Source of the DNA: Rhizaria sp. SCN 62-66
Lineage: Eukaryota
Direction: 5' to 3'
NCBI GenBank assembly: GCA_001724265.1
Contig: MEDY01000660.1
Coordinates: forward strand, 1 to 64,000
DNA length: 64,000 nucleotides
Both the position numbers and the translations under genes were made by a program. Positions 58,014 to 64,000 of the stretch are shown piece after piece (within the stretch, counting starts at the first letter, position 1; each line of letters begins with the position of its first letter). The notes beneath the pieces were generated by a model. The model ran no database searches and was not told the DNA's origin. It saw only the letters and a program-made list of their open reading frames with translations.

Positions 58014-61000
58014 ATGCAGACGTGGTTTACAGACGCGCAGGCGCAGCGCGCACTGCTGCGGCACGCGTCTTATCTCCGGCCCGCTGCCGCCGCCGCGCCG
58101 GGACTGATTGTGTTACGCGAGGACGTCTCCGCGGTGCGCCGCGCTGTCCAGCCCTGGCTCGCTGCGGCCGCGCCTAACGTGCACAACCTCACGCACCTCG
58201 CGCCTGTTGCGGCTGCAGCGCTTGCTGTGTTGCGTGAGACATCAGCACCGCGCCCGAGCTGGCTGCAGCTTTGCGTAACACTGCTTGCGCCACCCATACA
58301 CACCACAGATGCTCACGCAGGAACAGACGTCAACTCAAGCACTGGCGCTAGAAGTGTCACTGGGGTTACTGTGTGCGACGATAAGGCTCTTACAGCGTGG
58401 CTGGCGCGTTTCCGCTTCGTTGAGCTTTTCGCAGAGAGCGACGAAGCCCCCGCGCTCGCCGCTGTCGTCGCACTTAATTCCACACCTGAGACTACCGATG
58501 ATGCCACTAGTGTCTGCGCTGGTTCAGTGCCACGCGCGGTGTTTTGTGGCGAATTTCCTTTGTCTATGGACGAGACTAAGGCCGAGATGCGGCCTGTCCG
58601 CATGGAGAGCTGGGAGAAGCTATTCCTCAGTAGTAGCAATTCTGCCTCGAACTTTACTGTAGCGTCTACGTCGTCCTCTGAGACTGCGGATGCGCACGCC
58701 AGTGACATTGACGACGACAATGATGCTGAGGATAATGAGGATGACGGCAATGCAGCCAAGTATGCGAACACCGATCTAGCTGACCTCGACAGCACCCTAT
58801 ACGACGGCATCGGTGGCGACATTGATGACCACGATGCGAGCGACGACGCCGGCACTCAACAGGGTAACGACACCGCAGCCCCCGTTGGCTCCACTGCGCG
58901 TTCTCTCTCACGCGTCAGTGTGCTTACTGAGCGTAACCTGCGGCTTGCGCGCGGAGTGTCGTTTCTGCCGGGGCATGCATTCGCGGGTGGCGGCCGCTTC
59001 GACTCGACGCTTGCCATTGCAACGAACAACACCAAAGCAGAACCCCCGTTTACTGACAACAAGGTCGGGGCTACAGCGAGTAACGACAACGCTGCCATAG
59101 CTCTACTTGCGTCTCTGACCTCAACCGATATCTGTCAGCACGACTCAAGTCCCGCTGCGCCCAGCACTGGCTCTGCCCTCAGCGCTGCTCTTAGTACTGG
59201 TGGACCCGTGGTGCCCGCGCGGTTCTCCTTCGTGGAGCTCTTTGCTGGCGTTGGCGGCTTCCGCCTCGGGCTGCAGGCGCTGGGCGGCGTGTGCGTGGCT
59301 GCGTGCGAGATCGAGCACAACGCACGCGCAGCGTACGCGGCCGCGCACGGCGCTGCCGCGACGGCCGAGGCCGTGAACAGCCAGAGCGATCGGTGGATGG
59401 AGACGCCGCTCGAGAGCGAAATGCGGGGCATTGCGCAAACTTTGTCTGCTCCGATGCACGACACGTACGGCGGCAACGGCACTAATGGCAAAAGCACTGT
59501 TTCACCGTCAGCCAGCTCAGTGATTGACGCCTCGTTCATGTCCCTCTCTGCGCTGAAGCGAGCCATTACGGACAACATCGCTCTCCGCACCGCTGCCAAC
59601 AACGCGCAGAGCGATGCCAACGGCACTGTGAGCGCCACTGAGAGCGCTCGTGGTGGCGAGAGCACGCTGGTTCCGGTGCCGGCGCTGTTGTTTCCCGACG
59701 TGACCGCGCTGCCCGGCGCGTGGCTGCCCCCGCACGCCGTGCTCACCGCCGGCTTCCCCTGCCAGCCCTTCTCGCGGCTCGGCGCGCAGCCCGGTATGGG
59801 GGACCGCAAGAAGGGGGCGCTCTTCCTCCACGTTGCGCGGCTTGCCGCGGAGTGTAAGCCGCCCGTGGTGCTGCTGGAGAACGTGCCCGGTCTCGTCACC
59901 ATCGACAACTGCAAGGTAAGCGCTCTATCGCATTTCTCTTTCACTTCGAACGTGGTTTTGTTGCGTATGTTACACAGTTTATTTGTTTTCAAACTCACTG
60001 ATTTAAACCTCTTATCTTTGAATGAATTGATCTTGTTTGCCGTCTCTCACTAGACGCTGCTTACGGTGCTGCGCGCCCTGACGCGCGCTGGGTACTCGGT
60101 CGCGTACCGTGTCGCAGACGCCCAGGCCCTTGTGCCTCAAGTCCGGTACGGCTACACTCTGTGGAAAACAAAGACAATGTGTCCCGAATCATTTGAGCAC
60201 GACCTGTGTCTCCGAACTCGCGTGCTCTTATTCTCTCTCACTGTTTGTACATTTGCCTTTTCCGATCCTTCCATAGCCGTCGCATCTACATTGTCGGTCT
60301 GCGCACCGACCTTCTGCCCTCTCGCCACAACATCACTAAGGGCACTGGCAACGCGGAAAGCGCGGACAGCACTGCTCTCGACGACCTCGCCCGCTACCGC
60401 TTCCCCGCTCTGCCCGCGCTTGCCCGCCCCATCGGCTCGTCGCTCGCGCCCCAGCGCGCGCTGCAGCCGCGCCACATTGTGCCCCTGCCGCGCTGGCGCG
60501 CGTTGACCGCGCGCTCGCCCTTCGTCACCACGCCGGCGTGGAAGCTAAGCCGCCCCGCGGAGCCCGCGGGCACGCTTGTGACTGGGTACCGCCGCAGCTA
60601 CGCGTTCTCGGCTCAGCTCGTGCCGCTGGACAAAGAGAGCGTGACTGAGATGACGCCGGCGGCGCGGGACGCTCTGCAGCTGACAGTCGGCTCACAGTCT
60701 CAGGTCCAGCTGGTCGAAACCCAGTCGTAGTCGCCGTTGCCTGCGGACTGGGCGGACGCCGACGCGCGCGCGGAGGCCGCTAGCGGCTTGACTTCTCTGC
60801 GCACGCAGCACCCGCACCTGCCGTGGGGCGTGCGGTGGTTTACTGAGCGCGAGTGTGCGCGCATTATGGGGTTCCCTGAGGCCATGGCGCTGCCGGGCAT
60901 GCCGGTGGCCACGACGACTCCTGCTCAAGACTCTGGAGCGAGTGCTAGTGGCGAGAGTGAGAGAGACGGTGAGCGCGGGCCGACGGTCAAGCGGGCCCGG

Positions 61001-61540
61001 CAAGCGCCTGCCGCTGCGTCTGCTACTGACGCTGCAGTCGCGACTGGAACTGCACAGGCAGATGCTGCTGCGGCTGACAATAGCACCAACAGCAAGAGCT
61101 CTAGCGCAAACAGCAAGAACAACAAGCTCAAGACCACCACGGCTAACACTGCTGTCAAGAGCAAGACCACTGTCGCTGGCACTGGCTCTGACTCTGGCGC
61201 CGACGCCGACTCCGAGGCGGCCCTCGGCAGTGTGGCATATGGTCTACTCGGCAACGCCGTGTGTCCGCCCGTCATTGCCGCGCTGGGCGGCACCGTGCTC
61301 GCGCTGCTGTGGGGCCGTCGCTCTCTTGCTGAGGCCGCAGAGAGTGGCAACAGCGACGGCACGGAGCCGCTAACGGTGACCGTGGGCATGAGTATCGAGG
61401 ACGCGGCGGCCGCGGGGCGCACTGCGGCAGTGAAGCTGGCGCTCGCGGCCGCGCAAGCGGGGGAGCGCGAGAGCATTGTCGCGCGACTGGCAGAGGTCGT
61501 GCAACTGGAGCGGCTGCAGCAGCAACCGAAGCAGCAGTGA
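58014..61540 (+). CDS. C5 cytosine DNA methyltransferase (Dcm/DNMT6-like, no DNMT1/3 accessory domains recognised); exons 58014-59915, 60054-60145 and 60277-61540, with an in-frame TAG at 60728-60730
   Basis: Motifs in canonical order: I FSFVELFAGVGGF, II ACEIE, IV LTAGFPCQPFS, VI LLENVPGL, VIII VPQVRRRIYIVG (formed by splicing), IX RWFTERECARIMGFP, X AYGLLGNAVCPP. The start is uncertain because an upstream exon is possible. Stop is TGA. Confidence 0.85.
59916..60053 (+). other. Intron of the DNA methyltransferase gene (phase 0)
   Basis: AAG|GTAAGC donor, T-rich body, CACTAG acceptor. Confidence 0.85.
60146..60276 (+). other. Intron of the DNA methyltransferase gene (phase 2)
   Basis: CG|GTACGG ... 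CCATAG|C; removal rebuilds motif VIII PQVRRRIYIVG. Confidence 0.88.
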
Positions 61541-61974
61541 GTTCTTTGGTCTGCGCATACTTTTGCGTGCAGATGAGGTATCCGTTACACAGAACACCGA
61601 AGAACTGCATCAACCTGGATATAACGTGGTCTATAGCAGTAAAGCTTACATAGCACTTGAAATTACAAATAAACTAGTTCTATTTATATAATACTTCAAT
61701 TTTTTGTGGACGGGAGCTTAGAAAACAAGTGTATGGCACGCAAACTGGGGATTCCAGAGAGCTTGTTGCTGCGCGTGTCCCAAGATTGTGGTCGCGTCAT
61801 TTGCCTCTCGAATGTTGGAGTTTCGTCAAGCTTTACCGCGAATATCCGTCGTCAGCTGGCCCCATGCTTTTTTTATGAGCCTTAATTGAAGATTTGTACT
61901 TGCTCATATTAACAATTTTTCGCCTTATGTGTGTCTTGTAGGTAACCTGTGTCAGGTTCAGATCTTGGTCGGCA

Positions 61975-64000
61975 ATGCCCCCCAGTGGTAATTTAAAGCC
62001 TCGTTCAGGCGTTCTCGGTCCCCGCTCTTCGGTGTCACAACCACCGAAGAAGAGGTACGCCCCCCTTGGTACGTCTTCTATCTTTATAAATGTTCCCCAA
62101 TTGCTCTACTCGTCGCGATAACCACCGTTCCCGTGCCTTTCCTGGCTCTTCGAATCGCACGCACGCCACCCCTCGAATCTTCTCTCGGCACAAACGCACA
62201 GCCACATCGCCGCCCAAAGCATGCATGTTTTTCTCACACCTCACCGTTTGCGCCTGTTTTTTATCTTTCCGTAAACTTGTTTTTCTCGCCCCACAGCAAA
62301 TCCAACCGCTCTATATCCCGCCATTGTGTGACGTCACGTCGCCCCCAATCTTCACCCATCCAACCCCACTCACCATTCGCCCTCACTATCAATTTCCCTC
62401 ACTTGTTCACTCCCCGCACAGCCGCAAGCAGATTATTGCGCAGAAGCTCGAGCGCTCCGACGAGGGTTCCGCGGACCTGATCGACTGGTACGGCCACGAG
62501 TACGACGTCGACCTGGAGCGCGTACGCTACCTCATCCCCACCTTCGTCGACTCGGAGGCGCAGGAGGAGGCCATCTGGGCCGTCGCCAACACGCCCAGCA
62601 TCATGGGCGCGCCTCGCGGCGACCACACGGCCGACGACCCCTTCTGGGCCTTCAAGCTCATGTCCGTGGCGTCGCCGCCGCCGCCCGCGCCTCCCTGCCC
62701 GCCCCCCAAGATCGAGGTTCCCGCCTCGTCCTCCGCCTTCTCAGCAGCGCATGGCAGCGGCTCGCGGCCCCAGTCGAGGTCGGGTTCCCCCGCGCGCGGC
62801 CGCTCGCCCGCCCGCGCTCCCGCCGCCGCCGCGGCGACTACTGCTGCCGCGGCCCGCAGCTCGCGACCCAGCTCGCGCAACCCCTCTCAATCGCGCAACA
62901 GCAACAATAACAATAACACGCATGCGCACGCGAATGCGAATGTGAACGCTGCCCACGCTGCGGCGGGCACTGGCGCTGCGAAAGTCGCGTCTGCGGCCGC
63001 CTCCCCCAGTCCCGCCCGCACCGGCGGTAGCAACCCAACTACTGCCTCTGCCTCTGCCACTGCTGTTGCTGGTGCCCCGAGCCCGAGCGCCCCGCTGTTC
63101 TCGCTGCTCCGCGGCAGCGACGCCGCCAGCACGGGCGCCGCCGCTAGCAGCAGCAGCAGCAGCAGCAGCAGCGCCGATGCGGCCGAGTCTGGCCACGATA
63201 GCGCCGCCGAGGCTGTGACATCCGAGCTCGCATCGCTGTCCTTGTCGCTGGACGCCTCGGCCTCGATCCCCGCACTGCCACTGCCGCTGCCGCTGCCCAT
63301 GCCCGCCGCCGCCGCCTCGGTCTCCGTCTCTGACGCTGCGATTGTTTCGCTGGCGACGGTGACTGTGACGGGGCCCTCAGGCGCGCCTGTGAGCGCCCCC
63401 CTGGGGTCCGGCTCCTCGGGCGCGAGCGTCAAGGCGATCGTGGCCAAGGAGGCGCTCGAGGCGCGGGGCGAGATCCCTGAGGACGAGGACGAGCTCGACG
63501 AGGATGAGGACGAGGACGAGGATGAGGACGAAGATGAGGATGAGGACGATGAAGTGGACGACGACGATGACGCGCTGTCAGGCAGCAGCAGCAGTAGCAG
63601 TAGCAGTAGCAGCAGCAGCAGCAGCAGCAGCAGCTCTGAGGAAGACGATGACGAGGCGCGCGCCGCCGCCCGCGCCGCTCGCCACGCTGCCAAGGCGGAG
63701 AAGAAGGACAAGAAGGACAAAAAGGACAAGAAGAGCGACAAGGCCGACAAAAAGGACAAAAAGGACAAGAAGTCCGACAAGAAGGACAAAAAGGACAAAA
63801 AAGACAAGAAGGACAAGCCCTTGCACAAGCGCCGCCACCGCCGCCCGCGCACTGCAGGCAACCTCGCGCTCACAAACCAGGAGCTGGACAACGACCCTGA
63901 CCGCGACAACGAGCTTTACCTCGACTACGATGGCGCTACTACAGGCACGGACAGCGCTGGCGCTGTCAGCGCGAAGACAGTGAACATCTTCGCGCAGTGG
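61975..64000 (+). CDS. Hypothetical protein, partial; exons 61975-62054 and 62422->64000
   Basis: Not in the ORF track. MPPSGNLKP..PPKK AG|GTACGC..CACAG|C RKQIIAQKLERSDEGSADLIDWYGHEYDVDLERVRYLIPTF..., then Ser/Ala-rich, acidic and KKDK tracts; open to the window end. Confidence 0.7.
63480..63815 (+). repeat. Coding microsatellites: (GAG GAY)n acidic tract, (AGC/AGT)n poly-Ser and (AAG/AAA AAG GAC)n KKDK tract
   Basis: Seen directly in the sequence. Confidence 0.9.

Noticed and set aside
60051-60053. TAG ending ORF 58014-60053, as either a true stop or a further readthrough site
   Set aside because: It is the 3' acceptor (CACTAG) of a T-rich intron starting GTAAGC at 59916, so it is not counted as a codon.
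8654-60730. Pyrrolysine or selenocysteine explanation for the internal stops
   Set aside because: The stops are TAG, not TGA, so selenocysteine does not apply. No pyl genes are present, and the sites are in low-complexity linkers rather than active sites.
58014-61540. Restriction-modification system or bacterial contamination around the methyltransferase
   Set aside because: No endonuclease neighbour, the gene has spliceosomal introns, and it is flanked by eukaryotic genes.
1-64000. tRNA (including a CUA suppressor), rRNA or transposon
   Set aside because: I saw no cloverleaf, rRNA-like segment, transposase, reverse transcriptase or terminal repeats by eye. This is not a substitute for a scan.

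Overview
A GC-rich, compact eukaryotic (most likely protist) nuclear region, not prokaryotic. It holds about 15 protein-coding genes separated by short AT-richer spacers. Introns are few and mostly near the 5' end of genes, with a GTACG(T)/GTAAGC donor consensus. Genes in order: partial EF-hand-like protein (-), NAA35/MAK10 (+), SpoU/TrmH RNA methyltransferase (-), giant PH-PH-REM-CDC25 RasGEF (+), SPPL-type GxGD protease (+), Xaa-Pro aminopeptidase (-), OS-9/ERLEC1-like MRH lectin (-), low-complexity coiled-coil protein (-), large probably GPI-anchored surface protein (+), FG nucleoporin (+), SPB1/FTSJ3 (-), RPC40/POLR1C (-), VPS8 (-), C5 DNA methyltransferase (+) and a partial hypothetical gene (+). 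The main anomaly concerns TAG. All 13 complete genes end in TGA (9) or TAA (4), never TAG. Two genes (the RasGEF and the DNA methyltransferase) each carry one in-frame TAG, after which the same frame continues into conserved domains. This points to UAG being read as a sense codon (reassignment or readthrough), although nonsense alleles or assembly errors cannot be excluded from one window. Family assignments rest on motif recognition by eye; no searches were run.
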